A stretch of 64,000 bases of DNA, taken from NCBI GenBank assembly GCA_964405515.1, contig CAYOOG010000001.1, positions 1,003 to 65,002 on the forward strand. Reading direction: 5' to 3'. The stretch is from an uncultured Alphaproteobacteria bacterium (GTDB taxonomy: Bacteria > Pseudomonadota > Alphaproteobacteria > JAPYRI01). Of this stretch, positions 39,757 through 50,071 are shown piece after piece; position 1 is the stretch's first letter; each line of letters opens with the position of its first letter. Made by a program: the position numbers and the translations under genes. The notes below the pieces were generated by a model. That model had not been told where the DNA came from and searched no databases. It saw only the letters and a list, made by a program, of their open reading frames with translations.

Positions 39757-41331
39757 ATGCAAACGCTCAAAAAGAAAATTGCCGGCCTCGGACCCTTGAC
39801 CCGCAGCTTGTTGGCGATTGGACTAGGGCTTCTGTCTGGCACCGCCCTGCCGCCGCACAATCTGGTCATAGTTCTGATCCCGGTCTTTACGCTCCTGGTC
39901 TGGCAGCTGGACGGACTCAAGACCGCGCCGTCCGCTTCCCGCTTCGCTCCCTTCGTGCTCGGCTGGTGCTTCGGCTTCGGGCAATTTCTGATCGGCCTTT
40001 ACTGGATCAGTAACGCCTTGCTCGTCGATGCCGAACAATTCGGCTGGGCCGTTCCCCTGGTCGGCTTCCTGATGCCCGCGGGTTTAGCCCTATTCAGCGG
40101 ATTAGGCGTTGCCGTTGCCGCTGCTTTCTGGTGCGCCGGCCCGGCCCGGGTGCTTCTTTTGGCACTTGCCTGGACGCTTGGCGAATGGCTAAGGGGCCAC
40201 GTTCTTACCGGATTCCCGTGGAATCTCGTGGGCTACGCCTGGAGCGGCTCTGATGCCATGATGCAAGGGTCCGCCCTGTTCGGCGTTTATGGACTAAGTC
40301 TGCTTACCGTTGCCATGGCTGCAGCCCCGGCGACCTTGGGTGACGCCGGCTCCAGCGGCAAGTGGCGGCCTTGGGCGCCCGTCGCCTGTGCGCTGCTGAC
40401 GCTGTCATTGCTGGCAATGGGCGGCGCTCTGCGGCTGGCCGCGGCCGGCAATGAAACGGTGCCTGGCGTTCGGCTCAGAATCGTTCAGGCCGGGATCGAT
40501 CAACAACTCAAATGGCGGCGGGAGTTGCGCGCCGCCAACCTCGAGAAACACCTGAGTCTGAGCCTTGAGCCTGGCGGCGATGCCATCCCGATCATTATTT
40601 GGCCCGAGGCTGCCGTGCCCTATTACCTGCCGAACGATCCGGCGGCCCGGAGCCATATTGCCCAGCGGCTCGGGCCGGGCAAGACACTGCTGACCGGCAC
40701 ACTCAGGGCGGAACGCCAAGCCACCGCGCCGCGTCGTGCCTGGAACAGTCTTGTAGTTCTTGATGACAAGGGTGATATCACCACGGTTTACGACAAGTCC
40801 CATTTGGTACCCTTTGGCGAATACTTGCCTATGCGCGCCTTGTTGGCGCCGCTGGGGCTAGAGAAGCTGACCGAGGGTCTGGGGGATTTTTCCGGGGGCC
40901 CGGGCCTGCAGACATTGAGCGTCGAAGGCCTCCCGGCTTTCTCACCCTTGATTTGTTACGAAGTGATTTTTCCGGGTGCCGTCGCCTCGGGCTCGGCGCG
41001 GCCGCAGTGGTTGTTGAACGTCACCAACGATGCCTGGTTTGGTAACAGCGCGGGGCCGCGCCAACATTTCGCCATGGCGCGGTTTCGCGCCGTCGAAGAA
41101 GGGCTGCCACTGGTGCGCGCCGCCAATACCGGTATTTCCGCCATAGTTGATTCTTACGGAAGACAGGTCGCGTATCTTGAGTTCGGCGAAAGCGGAATTC
41201 TTGACGGAGACTTGCCTCGCGCGCCTGTCCGGCGAACCATTTACGCCCGGTTCGGGGATGTGTCCGCGCTTATGCTCGCGGCGGTTATGTTGTTGCTGTT
41301 TTTACGCAAAAAACGGGCTAAACGTGCTTGA
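39757..41331 (+). CDS. lnt: Apolipoprotein N-acyltransferase
   Basis: From the internal Met MQTLKKKIAGLGPL... It has N-terminal TM helices and a CN-hydrolase domain (IIIWPEAAVPYYL...ICYEVIFPG). Confidence 0.85.
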   Translation: MQTLKKKIAGLGPLTRSLLAIGLGLLSGTALPPHNLVIVLIPVFTLLVWQLDGLKTAPSASRFAPFVLGWCFGFGQFLIGLYWISNALLVDAEQFGWAVPLVGFLMPAGLALFSGLGVAVAAAFWCAGPARVLLLALAWTLGEWLRGHVLTGFPWNLVGYAWSGSDAMMQGSALFGVYGLSLLTVAMAAAPATLGDAGSSGKWRPWAPVACALLTLSLLAMGGALRLAAAGNETVPGVRLRIVQAGIDQQLKWRRELRAANLEKHLSLSLEPGGDAIPIIIWPEAAVPYYLPNDPAARSHIAQRLGPGKTLLTGTLRAERQATAPRRAWNSLVVLDDKGDITTVYDKSHLVPFGEYLPMRALLAPLGLEKLTEGLGDFSGGPGLQTLSVEGLPAFSPLICYEVIFPGAVASGSARPQWLLNVTNDAWFGNSAGPRQHFAMARFRAVEEGLPLVRAANTGISAIVDSYGRQVAYLEFGESGILDGDLPRAPVRRTIYARFGDVSALMLAAVMLLLFLRKKRAKRA

Positions 41332-41445
41332 CCATTAGGGGTTTTGCCATACCATGCGTTTTATCAGTCGTTAAAAAAATACAGCCAACACTCCTTAATT
41401 GGATATTCTAGACCGAGGCACCGCACAATGGGTGGGCTGACGGTA

Positions 41446-41459
41446 CCCCCGGGGGGGGG
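41446..41459. repeat. C5G9 homopolymeric tract in the RBS spacer of the XRE regulator gene
   Basis: The sequence ggtaCCCCCGGGGGGGGGccgattATG has its G9 run ending 6 nt before the ATG at 41466. Confidence 0.8.
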
Positions 41460-41465
41460 CCGATT

Positions 41466-41894
41466 ATGACCAAATCAGGAAAGGCGGGGGCGTCTAAGCC
41501 AAGCCCCGTGGATGTTCACGTAGGTAGCCGCGTTCGGCTGCGCCGTACCCTTCTGGGTATGAGCCAGGAAAAACTCGGCAAGGCCGTGAGCCTGACTTTT
41601 CAACAGATTCAGAAGTACGAACGCGGGGCCAACCGTATTGGCTCAAGCCGGCTGTTTCATCTGGCGCAGATTCTCGACGTGCCGATCTCGTTTTTCTTTG
41701 AAGGACTTGAAGAAAACGCGGCGTCGGACGGCTTTGCCTCTGCGCCCCAGGAAAATTTTGAATCCGACCAAATGTCGCGGCGCGAGACACTGGAACTGGT
41801 GCGTGCCTATTACCGGATTAGCAACCCGGCCCTTCGGCGCCGGCTTTTTGAGCTGGTAAAATCACTTTCCAGCGGAGAGGCCGAGGCCGGCTAA
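41466..41894 (+). CDS. XRE-family (Cro/C1-type HTH) transcriptional regulator, conserved upstream of metK
   Basis: VGSRVRLRRTLLGMSQEKLGKAVSLTFQQIQKYERGANRIGSSRLFHLAQILDVPISFFF is an HTH_3 domain. A C-terminal ~60 aa extension follows. Confidence 0.8.
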   Translation: MTKSGKAGASKPSPVDVHVGSRVRLRRTLLGMSQEKLGKAVSLTFQQIQKYERGANRIGSSRLFHLAQILDVPISFFFEGLEENAASDGFASAPQENFESDQMSRRETLELVRAYYRISNPALRRRLFELVKSLSSGEAEAG

Positions 41895-42095
41895 GCGGCG
41901 GATTCCGCGGGTGGGCTTTTGCCCCCTTTGGGCGGCCTCCCACAAGCCTTGGTAAGGCTGCCTTGGTCCTTGACCTTGCTCTAAAAGACTGCAAGAAAGC
42001 CCGCCGGGCAAGCGATCCGGCGCTTCGTGTCCGCCGTTCTGGAGGCTTTGGCACGAGACGGATGCTGCGGTCCGCATATTGGAAAATTCGAGGAG

Positions 42096-43268
42096 ATGAC
42101 CGTGTCGAAAGCTGAATATCTTTTCACCAGCGAATCCGTATCCGAAGGACACCCGGATAAAGTCTGTGACCGCATCTCCGATTCCATTCTCGATTTGTTT
42201 CTGGAAGGTGATGCAGGATCCCGCGTTGCCGTCGAAACCCTGACCACCACCAATTTGATCGTTATCGCCGGAGAGGTTCGAGGACCTCAATCCATTGGCC
42301 ATGACCAAATGGAAGAAGCGGCGCGTCAGGCGGTCAAGGATATCGGCTATGAACAAGATGGTTTCCACTGGAAGAATTCAAAGGTCGAGGTTCATGTGCA
42401 CGGTCAGTCGGCCGATATCGCCATGGGCGTGGATGCCGCCGGCAATAAAGACGAAGGCGCCGGCGACCAGGGCATAATGTTCGGCTACGCCTGCCGCGAG
42501 ACCGATGCGCTCATGCCGGCGCCAATATATTTCTCGCACAAGATACTAGAGGGCATGGCCGCTGCCCGGCACGGCGGCAAGGCGCCGGAACTGGCTCCGG
42601 ATTCTAAAAGCCAGGTCACGCTGCGTTACGTGGACGGCAAGCCGGTGGGTGCAACCTCCGTGGTCGTCTCTACCCAGCATGCGGCGGATGCCGACCAGAA
42701 GAGAATACGTGAAGTTGTTCGGCCTCATGTTCTTCGGGTGCTGCCCGAAGGCTGGATGTGTGACGAAAGCGAGTTTTACGTCAACCCCACGGGCCAATTC
42801 ATCATCGGCGGACCTGACGGTGACGCTGGGCTGACCGGCCGCAAGATTATTGTCGACACTTATGGTGGTGCGGCGCCCCACGGCGGCGGTGCCTTTTCCG
42901 GCAAGGACCCGACCAAGGTTGACCGTTCCGCCGCCTACGCCGCCCGTTATTTGGCAAAGAACGTGGTTGCGGCTGACCTGGCTGACCGCTGCACGATCCA
43001 ATTGGCTTACGCCATTGGCGTGTCGAAGCCGCTCTCCTTCTACATAGACCTGCACGGCAGCGGTCAGGTGGATGAAGCGAAACTCATCGGCGTATTGGGC
43101 GATCTGGTGGATCTGTCACCCCGGGGCATTCGCGAGCACCTGGCGCTGAGCCGGCCGATCTACGCCCGCACAGCCGCCTATGGCCATTTCGGCAGGGAGC
43201 CTGATAGCGACGGCGGTTTTTCCTGGGAGAAGACCGATCTGGTCGATGACCTGAAATCGGCCTTCTAG
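42096..43268 (+). CDS. metK: S-adenosylmethionine synthetase
   Basis: From the internal Met [29 protein letters not shown]. The sequence [12 protein letters not shown] and the ...[32 protein letters not shown] motifs are present. Confidence 0.9.
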   Translation: MTVSKAEYLFTSESVSEGHPDKVCDRISDSILDLFLEGDAGSRVAVETLTTTNLIVIAGEVRGPQSIGHDQMEEAARQAVKDIGYEQDGFHWKNSKVEVHVHGQSADIAMGVDAAGNKDEGAGDQGIMFGYACRETDALMPAPIYFSHKILEGMAAARHGGKAPELAPDSKSQVTLRYVDGKPVGATSVVVSTQHAADADQKRIREVVRPHVLRVLPEGWMCDESEFYVNPTGQFIIGGPDGDAGLTGRKIIVDTYGGAAPHGGGAFSGKDPTKVDRSAAYAARYLAKNVVAADLADRCTIQLAYAIGVSKPLSFYIDLHGSGQVDEAKLIGVLGDLVDLSPRGIREHLALSRPIYARTAAYGHFGREPDSDGGFSWEKTDLVDDLKSAF

Positions 43269-43297
43269 GCCGGAAAGAGATAAGCCTTGGGATAGCC

Positions 43298-44047
43298 ATG
43301 GGGTTGGCAAGGGAACAGCGAACCCGCCGTAATATATATGGCAGGCGTCTGGGCCGGCCGCTCAGCCGTCGCCAGCAGGACTTGCTGGACAACGAACTGC
43401 AGCATTATGCGGTGTTGCTTCCTACAGCACCGCAGGCCGATACACTGGACAAATCAATCTCTCTCGACAATCTGTTTAAGGCCAAGGCCTCGCCCCTATG
43501 GCTGGAGATCGGATTCGGCGCCGGAGAACATCTCGCGGCCCAGGCCCGGGCCCATCCGGAGGTTTGCTTTATCGGTTGTGAGCCGTTTATCAACGGCCTG
43601 GCTAAAATGCTCCGTCGCGTTGTCGACGAGGGCCTCCAAAACGTCCGCCTTTTCGCGGACGACGCGGCGCTGCTCATGGAGGCTCTGCCGGATCAGAGCC
43701 TGGACCGGATCTTTGTGCTTTTCCCCGATCCCTGGCCCAAGTCCCGGCACAAAAAGCGCCGCGTTGTCTCGACCGCCAATCTGGCAAGCCTGGCGCGGCT
43801 CGCGCGCGACGGTGCTGAGCTTCGGGTGGCCACGGATGTACCCTCCTATTGCCGCTGGACCCTGGCCCAAATGGCTCAAAATGCTGACTTCGAGTGGATG
43901 GCGGAGGAAGCCGATGATTGGCGCCACCCGCCCGCCGACTGGCCGGAAACGCGTTTCCAGAAAAAGGCGGTTCAACAGGGCAGAAATCCGGTCTTTTTGC
44001 GCTTCCGCCGCCGGCCGCGTTGCGGGGCAAACCCGAAAAAACCTTGA
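43298..44047 (+). CDS. trmB: tRNA (guanine46-N7)-methyltransferase
   Basis: LWLEIGFGAGEHLAAQARAHPEVCFIGCEPF...IFVLFPDPWPKSRHKKRRV is a TrmB signature. Confidence 0.85.
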   Translation: MGLAREQRTRRNIYGRRLGRPLSRRQQDLLDNELQHYAVLLPTAPQADTLDKSISLDNLFKAKASPLWLEIGFGAGEHLAAQARAHPEVCFIGCEPFINGLAKMLRRVVDEGLQNVRLFADDAALLMEALPDQSLDRIFVLFPDPWPKSRHKKRRVVSTANLASLARLARDGAELRVATDVPSYCRWTLAQMAQNADFEWMAEEADDWRHPPADWPETRFQKKAVQQGRNPVFLRFRRRPRCGANPKKP

Positions 44048-44106
44048 TTCCTGGGGCTTTTGGGCCCATATTGCGCATAACAACACAACTTGGACGAACG
44101 ATCCGG

Positions 44107-44129
44107 GTGGGCCAGCGGCCCACTTTTTT
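44107..44129 (+). terminator. Rho-independent terminator after trmB
   Basis: The hairpin GTGGGCC-agc-GGCCCAC is immediately followed by TTTTTTATT. Confidence 0.7.
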
Positions 44130-44210
44130 ATTACCTGCGATCGTTCCGGCTGGTTGGAGAAGGGCGACGATCGGTGCCGCCGATGCGCTCGCCTGAAAGG
44201 TATAGAGACC

Positions 44211-44771
44211 GTGGAGCGGGCAACTTCGATTGAACATCTGATCTCACCCTCGGTTGAGGCCATGGGCTTCGATCTGGTCAGGGTCAGCTTGTCGGAGGGC
44301 GGCGAGCGGACTCTCCAGGTCATGGCCGAGCGGCCGGATGGCACCATGACCGTGGACGACTGTGCCGAATTGAGCCGCGCCATCTCGGCCCTCTTGGACG
44401 TCGAGGAACCGATCAAGGGCAATTATTCCCTTGAAGTAAGCTCGCCCGGCATCGACCGGCCACTGGTCCGGCCCAATGATTTTGAACGTTTCGCCGGTTT
44501 TGACGCCAAGGTGGAACTGTACGAACCGCTCAAGGAGACACCCAGCGGCGGCCAGAAGCGGTTCAAGGGCCGCCTGCTTGGCTTGGACGAGGCCCGGGTC
44601 GGCCTGGATACGGCTGAGGGCCGGTTTTGGATGCCCTTCGACGACATCATGACGGCGCGATTGTTACTGACGGACGAACTGGTTGAAGCAAGCTTGAAGG
44701 GCACTATTAAGGTTCCCGGCGCCCGGACGGACGCCACAGACGAAGAGGATAGAGAAGACCAATGGCAGTAA
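44211..44771 (+). CDS. rimP: Ribosome maturation factor RimP
   Basis: C-terminal 186 aa of ORF 43338..44771: IEHLISPSVEAMGFDLVRVSL...YSLEVSSPGIDRPL. A GTG start is inferred. It is first in a rimP-nusA-infB operon. Confidence 0.75.
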   Translation: MERATSIEHLISPSVEAMGFDLVRVSLSEGGERTLQVMAERPDGTMTVDDCAELSRAISALLDVEEPIKGNYSLEVSSPGIDRPLVRPNDFERFAGFDAKVELYEPLKETPSGGQKRFKGRLLGLDEARVGLDTAEGRFWMPFDDIMTARLLLTDELVEASLKGTIKVPGARTDATDEEDREDQWQ

Positions 44772-46375
44772 GCGCAAATAGGCTTGAATTGCTGCAGATC
44801 GCAGACGCAGTGGCCCGGGAAAAAGCCATCGAGCCGGGTCTCGTGGTCGAGGCCATGGAAGAGGCGATCCAGAAAGCCGCCCGCTCGCGTTACGGCAGCG
44901 AGAATGAAATCCGCGCCGAGATCAACCGTGAGACCGGCGAAATTCATCTGATGCGGCTTTTGGAGGTCGCCGACCCGGTGGAGAGCGAGGCTCGCCAGCT
45001 TTCCCTTGATGACGCCAAGCGCCGTAACCCGGATGCCCAGGTCGGTGACTTCTTGTCGGAGGAACTGCCGCCCATCGATTTTGGCCGCATCGCCGCTCAG
45101 ACCGCCAAGCAGGTCATCGTACAGAAAGTCCGCGACGCCGAGCGCGAGCGTCAATACGAAGAATACAAGGACCGCATCGGAGAAATCGTCAACGGCATCG
45201 TCAAACGGGTTGAGTATGGCAATGTCATGGTCGACCTGGGCCGGGGAGAGGCCGCCGTGCGGCGCGATGAACAGCTCCCGCGCGAAAGCTTCCGCAATGG
45301 CGATCGGGTACGCGCCTACATTTACGATGTGCGGCGCGAACTGCGCGGCCCACAAATCTTTCTTTCGCGCACCCATCCGCAATTTATGTCCAACCTGTTC
45401 GCTCAAGAGGTGCCGGAGATTTATGACGGCATTATCGAGATTAGGGCCATCGCCCGCGACCCGGGTAGCCGGGCCAAGATTGCCGTGCTTTCTAACGATA
45501 GCGGGATTGACCCCGTGGGCGCCTGTGTGGGCATGCGCGGCAGCCGCGTGCAGGCGGTGGTCAACGAACTGCAAGGTGAAAAGATCGACATCATTCAATG
45601 GTCGCCCGACCCGGCGACATTCATTGTCAACGGCTTGGCCCCCGCCGAGGTGGTCAAGGTGGTGCTGGACGAAGATACCCAGAGCATTGAAGTGGTTGTG
45701 TCCGACGATCAATTGTCGCTGGCCATTGGCCGGCGCGGCCAAAACGTGCGCCTGGCGTCGCAATTGACGGGCTGGGATATCGATATCCTGACCGAGGCCG
45801 AGGAATCCCAGCGCCGCCAGGATGAATTCCGCATGCGCAGCGAGGCCTTCATGGCCGACCTTGATGTTGATGAAATGATCGCCCACCTTCTCGTGACCGA
45901 GGGTTTTTCAAACATCGAAGAAGTCGCCTTCGTACCGGTTGACGAACTTGCCGCAATCGAAGGGTTTGGTGACGGGATTGCCGAGGAATTGCAGGCCAGG
46001 GCCAATCAGCGCATTGAGGCGGTTAATCAGGAACTGAGCGACCGCCGTAAAGAACTGGGCGTGGTTGACGAAATCGCCGTGATCGAAGGCCTTACGCCCG
46101 CCATGCTGGTCAGCCTGGGCGAGGCCGGTGTGAAGGAACTGGATGACTTGGCTGATCTGGCCTCGGACGAATTGATCGACCCGGCGGAGGGGGCCTTGAA
46201 AGGTTACCGCCTCAGTGAGGATGACGCCAACGCCATCATCATGGCGGCGCGCGCTCATTGGTTCGAGGGCGAAGAAGATGCGCCGGCCGAGGCAGAGGAC
46301 GCGAGTGAAGAGGCGGGAGACTCCGACGACGAGGCCAATGCCGGCGAAGGTGGCGACGCCGAGGGTGCGGAGTAG
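44762..46375 (+). CDS. nusA: Transcription termination/antitermination factor NusA
   Basis: 537 aa with an N-terminal domain, an S1 domain, two KH domains and an acidic C-terminal repeat. IVNGIVKRVEYGNVMVDLGRGEAAV is the S1 region. Confidence 0.9.
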   Translation: MAVSANRLELLQIADAVAREKAIEPGLVVEAMEEAIQKAARSRYGSENEIRAEINRETGEIHLMRLLEVADPVESEARQLSLDDAKRRNPDAQVGDFLSEELPPIDFGRIAAQTAKQVIVQKVRDAERERQYEEYKDRIGEIVNGIVKRVEYGNVMVDLGRGEAAVRRDEQLPRESFRNGDRVRAYIYDVRRELRGPQIFLSRTHPQFMSNLFAQEVPEIYDGIIEIRAIARDPGSRAKIAVLSNDSGIDPVGACVGMRGSRVQAVVNELQGEKIDIIQWSPDPATFIVNGLAPAEVVKVVLDEDTQSIEVVVSDDQLSLAIGRRGQNVRLASQLTGWDIDILTEAEESQRRQDEFRMRSEAFMADLDVDEMIAHLLVTEGFSNIEEVAFVPVDELAAIEGFGDGIAEELQARANQRIEAVNQELSDRRKELGVVDEIAVIEGLTPAMLVSLGEAGVKELDDLADLASDELIDPAEGALKGYRLSEDDANAIIMAARAHWFEGEEDAPAEAEDASEEAGDSDDEANAGEGGDAEGAE

Positions 46376-46386
46376 AAACCGGTTCC

Positions 46387-47004
46387 ATGAACGCGGAGAC
46401 CAACAGGCGCTGCATTGCCACCGGCCAGGCCAGGGACACGGCCGGGATGGTTCGGTTGGTCGAATCTCCGGACGGTGAGCTGGTGTCCGATGTGGCGCAC
46501 AAGTTGCCGGGCCGGGGGTATTGGTGCACAGCGACACGGGCGGCCGTCGAGCAGGCCGCCAAGACCCGAGCCCGGCGGGGATCGCGAACACCAAAGTTGC
46601 AGGCGGCCCTTGCCGAAACGATTGAAAGCCTTCTGGCATCGCGCTGTCTGGAATGTCTGGGGCTGGCGAAGCGGGCCGGAACACTGGTGAGTGGTTTTGA
46701 CAAGGTCAAGAAGATGCTGCGCGCCGGCGACGCGGCTCTGCTGATCGGCGCCGCCGACGGCGCGGCGGACGGCAAGGCCAAACTCAAGGCTCTCGGCGCC
46801 GATTTGCCGGTGATCGAGCAATTTTCCACCACCGAATTGAGTTTGGCACTCGGACGCGAAAATGTGGTACATGCAGCCCTGTCTGCGGGCCCCTTGACCC
46901 AAAGATTCCTGAGTGATACCGCGCGTCTTGGCGGTTTCAGGGCGGAGGCCGGGGAACATGGGGCCGGTGACGGCATTGATATGCGGAACAGTCGAAGAGT
47001 ATGA
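46387..47004 (+). CDS. YlxR (DUF448) RNA-binding domain fused to an L7Ae/L30e-like (YlxQ-like) domain
   Basis: The N-terminal segment [19 protein letters not shown] is the YlxR CxxG…R motif. The C-terminal segment [36 protein letters not shown] is L7Ae-like. It sits between nusA and infB. Confidence 0.7.
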   Translation: MNAETNRRCIATGQARDTAGMVRLVESPDGELVSDVAHKLPGRGYWCTATRAAVEQAAKTRARRGSRTPKLQAALAETIESLLASRCLECLGLAKRAGTLVSGFDKVKKMLRAGDAALLIGAADGAADGKAKLKALGADLPVIEQFSTTELSLALGRENVVHAALSAGPLTQRFLSDTARLGGFRAEAGEHGAGDGIDMRNSRRV

Positions 47005-49577
47005 GCGAAGAAACGACAGATAAGAAACTTAGCCTGGGCAGCGGCCCGCGGACGCTTCAACTTAAGAAGACCGTGGATACGGGACAGGTGCGTCAAAGTT
47101 TCTCCCATGGCCGCAGCAAGGCGGTCGTGGTGGAACGCAAGAAAAAGCGGGTCTTCGCCAAATCGAAGGGCGAGTACGCGGAAGTTCCGGGCGAAGCAGG
47201 TCAAGACCTTCCGGCACAAGCGCCGGGTGACATGCCCGAAGGGCAGGAGCCCGGCACGGAGGATGGCAAATCCCGGGGCCGCGTTATTCTCCGCGAACTA
47301 ACGGATGACGAAAAGGTCGCTCGCGCCAAGGCTCTTGACGCTTCCATCCAGATGGATCGGGAAGCGAGGGTTCAGGCGGCCGAAGAGGCAAAAGTCCAAG
47401 CCAGTGAAGAAGCCCGCATGGCTCGCGAGCACGATGAGGCGGAAAGTCGCCGCATTGAAGAGGAAGCGCGCAAACGGGAAGAAGATGATGCGCGCCAGAA
47501 ATCCGAGGACGAAGCGACCAAGCGGCTTGAGGCTGAACAGGCTGCCGCGGCGGGCCAACAGCCCCTCAGCCGTCTCGACAAGAAGCGTACCCTGGAGCTT
47601 GAAGAAAGCGAGGCCGCCGCCCGTAATCGACGCGCCGGTGGCAGTGCACGCCCCTCTCCCGCTCGCCGGGGCGAGCCGCGCAGACGAAGTGGCAAGCTTA
47701 CCGTCACCCGCGCCCTGCAGGAAGACAGCGAACGCCAGCGCAGCTTGGCATCCGTGCGCCGGGCGCGTGAACGCGAAAAGCGTGACCGCAATATGGCGGG
47801 CATAAGCGAACCGCCGAAGAAAGTAGTGCGCGAAGTTGTTGTGCCGGAAGGCATTACGGTAGCGGAGCTCGCCAACCGCATGGCGGCGCGCGGCAATGAA
47901 GTGATCAAGGCGCTGATGGAAATGGGTTCGACGACCGGAATTGACGATGTTATCGACCAGGACACCGCCGAATTGATCGTCGAACAGTTTGGTCACACCA
48001 TTCGGCGCGTAAGCGAAGCCGATGTGGAAGTTGGCGTGAAAGGCGAGGTTGACTTGGATACGGATCTTGAGCCCCGCGCGCCGGTGGTTACGGTTATGGG
48101 CCATGTTGACCATGGCAAGACGTCGCTCTTGGACGCATTGCGTAACGCCGATGTGGTCTCGGGCGAGGCTGGCGGCATTACCCAGCATATCGGCGCCTAC
48201 CAAATCGACGGCGCAGATGGCCAGAAAATAACGTTCGTTGATACGCCGGGCCACGAGGCCTTTACCGCCATGCGCGCCCGTGGCGCCAACGTTACCGATA
48301 TCGTGGTACTGGTGGTTGCCGCGGACGATGGCGTCAAGCCGCAAACGGCCGAAGCCATCGACCACGCAAAGGCGGCGGATGTGCCCATCGTCGTAGCCAT
48401 CAACAAAATGGACCTCGACGGCGCCGATCCAAACCGGGTGCGGCAAGATCTGTTACAGCATGAGCTGGTGTGCGAGGCCATGGGTGGCGACATTCTGGAT
48501 GTCGAGGTTTCGGCCACCAAGAAGACAAACCTCGACAAACTGGAAGAAGTCATCCTGCTGCAGTCGGAAATTCTCGAATTAAAGTCCAATCCCAACCGGG
48601 CGGCGGAAGGCATCGTCATTGAAGCCAGGCTCGACAAGGGCCGGGGCTCTCTGGCCACTGTGCTGGTGCAGCGCGGTACCCTTAAGGTCGGAGATATTTT
48701 TGTTGCCGGCTCGGAGTGGGGCCGGGTCCGTGCCCTCGTTGATGATCACGGCGACAATGTAAAAATGGCCGGGCCATCGGTCCCGGTGGAAGTCCTGGGG
48801 CTTCAAGGCATGCCCGCGGCGGGTGATGAATTTTCGGTCGTCGAAAATGAGAACAGGGCGCGCGAGGTCTCGGAATTCCGCCAGCGCCGCGACCGCGACG
48901 ACGCATCGACCGGTTCGCGGGCGACTCTCGAGGAAATGATGGCGCAGGTCGGGGCCGAGGAAAAGAAGGACGTGCCTCTGGTCATCAAGGCCGACGTGCA
49001 GGGCTCCGCCGAGGCCATTGTCGGGGCCTTGGAAAATCTCGGTACGGATGAGGTAACGGCGCAGATTCTTCGTTCCGGCGTGGGCGCCATTACGGAATCA
49101 GATATCACCTTGGCCAATGCTTCGTCGGCGGCGGTCATCGGCTTTAACGTGCGCGCCAACAAACAGGCGCGGGATCTTGCCGAAAGTGAAGGCGTTGATG
49201 TTCGCTACTACGCGGTCATTTACGATCTTATCGATGATATCAAGGGATTCATGTCCGGCTTGCTGGCGCCGAGCGTCGAAGAAACCATGCTCGGCAGCGT
49301 CGAAGTGCGCGAGGTATTTGGTGTCAGCAAGGTCGGCAAGGTCGCCGGTTGCCTGGTAACCGACGGCGTGGTCCGGGGCGGTGCAAATATTCGCATCGTG
49401 CGGGACGGCACCGTGGTTCATCAGGGGGTCATGTCTTCCCTCAGGCGCTTCCAGGACGAAGTCAAGGAAGTCAAACAAGGCACGGAATGTGGCATGGCGA
49501 TTGAAAACTTTCAGGACTTCAAGCCGGGCGACGTTATCGAGGTCTTTGACGTCAAAGAAGTCGCGCGTACGCTTTAG
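47001..49577 (+). CDS. infB: Translation initiation factor IF-2
   Basis: 858 aa with a charged N-terminal region and a G-domain ([20 protein letters not shown]...[15 protein letters not shown]...NKMD). C-terminal beta-barrel domains follow. Confidence 0.9.
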   Translation: MSEETTDKKLSLGSGPRTLQLKKTVDTGQVRQSFSHGRSKAVVVERKKKRVFAKSKGEYAEVPGEAGQDLPAQAPGDMPEGQEPGTEDGKSRGRVILRELTDDEKVARAKALDASIQMDREARVQAAEEAKVQASEEARMAREHDEAESRRIEEEARKREEDDARQKSEDEATKRLEAEQAAAAGQQPLSRLDKKRTLELEESEAAARNRRAGGSARPSPARRGEPRRRSGKLTVTRALQEDSERQRSLASVRRAREREKRDRNMAGISEPPKKVVREVVVPEGITVAELANRMAARGNEVIKALMEMGSTTGIDDVIDQDTAELIVEQFGHTIRRVSEADVEVGVKGEVDLDTDLEPRAPVVTVMGHVDHGKTSLLDALRNADVVSGEAGGITQHIGAYQIDGADGQKITFVDTPGHEAFTAMRARGANVTDIVVLVVAADDGVKPQTAEAIDHAKAADVPIVVAINKMDLDGADPNRVRQDLLQHELVCEAMGGDILDVEVSATKKTNLDKLEEVILLQSEILELKSNPNRAAEGIVIEARLDKGRGSLATVLVQRGTLKVGDIFVAGSEWGRVRALVDDHGDNVKMAGPSVPVEVLGLQGMPAAGDEFSVVENENRAREVSEFRQRRDRDDASTGSRATLEEMMAQVGAEEKKDVPLVIKADVQGSAEAIVGALENLGTDEVTAQILRSGVGAITESDITLANASSAAVIGFNVRANKQARDLAESEGVDVRYYAVIYDLIDDIKGFMSGLLAPSVEETMLGSVEVREVFGVSKVGKVAGCLVTDGVVRGGANIRIVRDGTVVHQGVMSSLRRFQDEVKEVKQGTECGMAIENFQDFKPGDVIEVFDVKEVARTL

Positions 49578-49651
49578 GCGTTGCGCCAACCGCGGACCGT
49601 GCTTTCAAGCGGGCTCATCGGCGCGGGGCGCCAAACTTAAATATTGGGCGA

Positions 49652-50068
49652 ATGAATATGGTCATAGGAAAGGCACCTAGCCAGCGCCAGTTGCGCGTGG
49701 GCGAATTGATCCGCCACGCCCTAGCCGAATGTCTTGCCCGGGACGAAGTAAACGACCCGGATCTTGGCGGCGTTCCGGTGACCGTCAGCGAAGTGCGCAT
49801 GAGCCCCGATTTGAGAAACGCGATGGTCTTTGTCATGCCCCTGGGGGGCGGTGAGGCGGATAAGATCGTCAAGGCACTCGGCCGCAATGCCGCATACCTG
49901 CGTGGCCAGGTCAATCGTCGCGTGCAGCTCAAATATTCGCCACAGCTGCGTTTCTCAGCGGACTCGTCCTATGATTACGCGGACCAGATTGACGCCCTGT
50001 TGCGCCGCCCAAAGGTTGCCGCCGACCTTGCGACAGACGGCGGTGGCACGGACGGCGGGGAAGATTAA
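49652..50068 (+). CDS. rbfA: Ribosome-binding factor A
   Basis: QRQLRVGELIRHALAECLAR...VTVSEVRMSPDLRNAMVFV is a RbfA KH-like signature. Confidence 0.85.
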   Translation: MNMVIGKAPSQRQLRVGELIRHALAECLARDEVNDPDLGGVPVTVSEVRMSPDLRNAMVFVMPLGGGEADKIVKALGRNAAYLRGQVNRRVQLKYSPQLRFSADSSYDYADQIDALLRRPKVAADLATDGGGTDGGED

Positions 50069-50071
50069 GAA

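Noticed and set aside
39715-39760. An apparent 1-nt discrepancy between my reading of the displayed sequence (…ggcgccggcg gaagatggcg…) and the frames implied by the supplied ORF translations for corC and lnt. It could be read as a frameshift in corC.
   Set aside because: The ORF-track start and end coordinates for corC and lnt are internally consistent with intact genes. The most likely explanation is a reading error on my side. ORF-track coordinates were used and no pseudogene was called.
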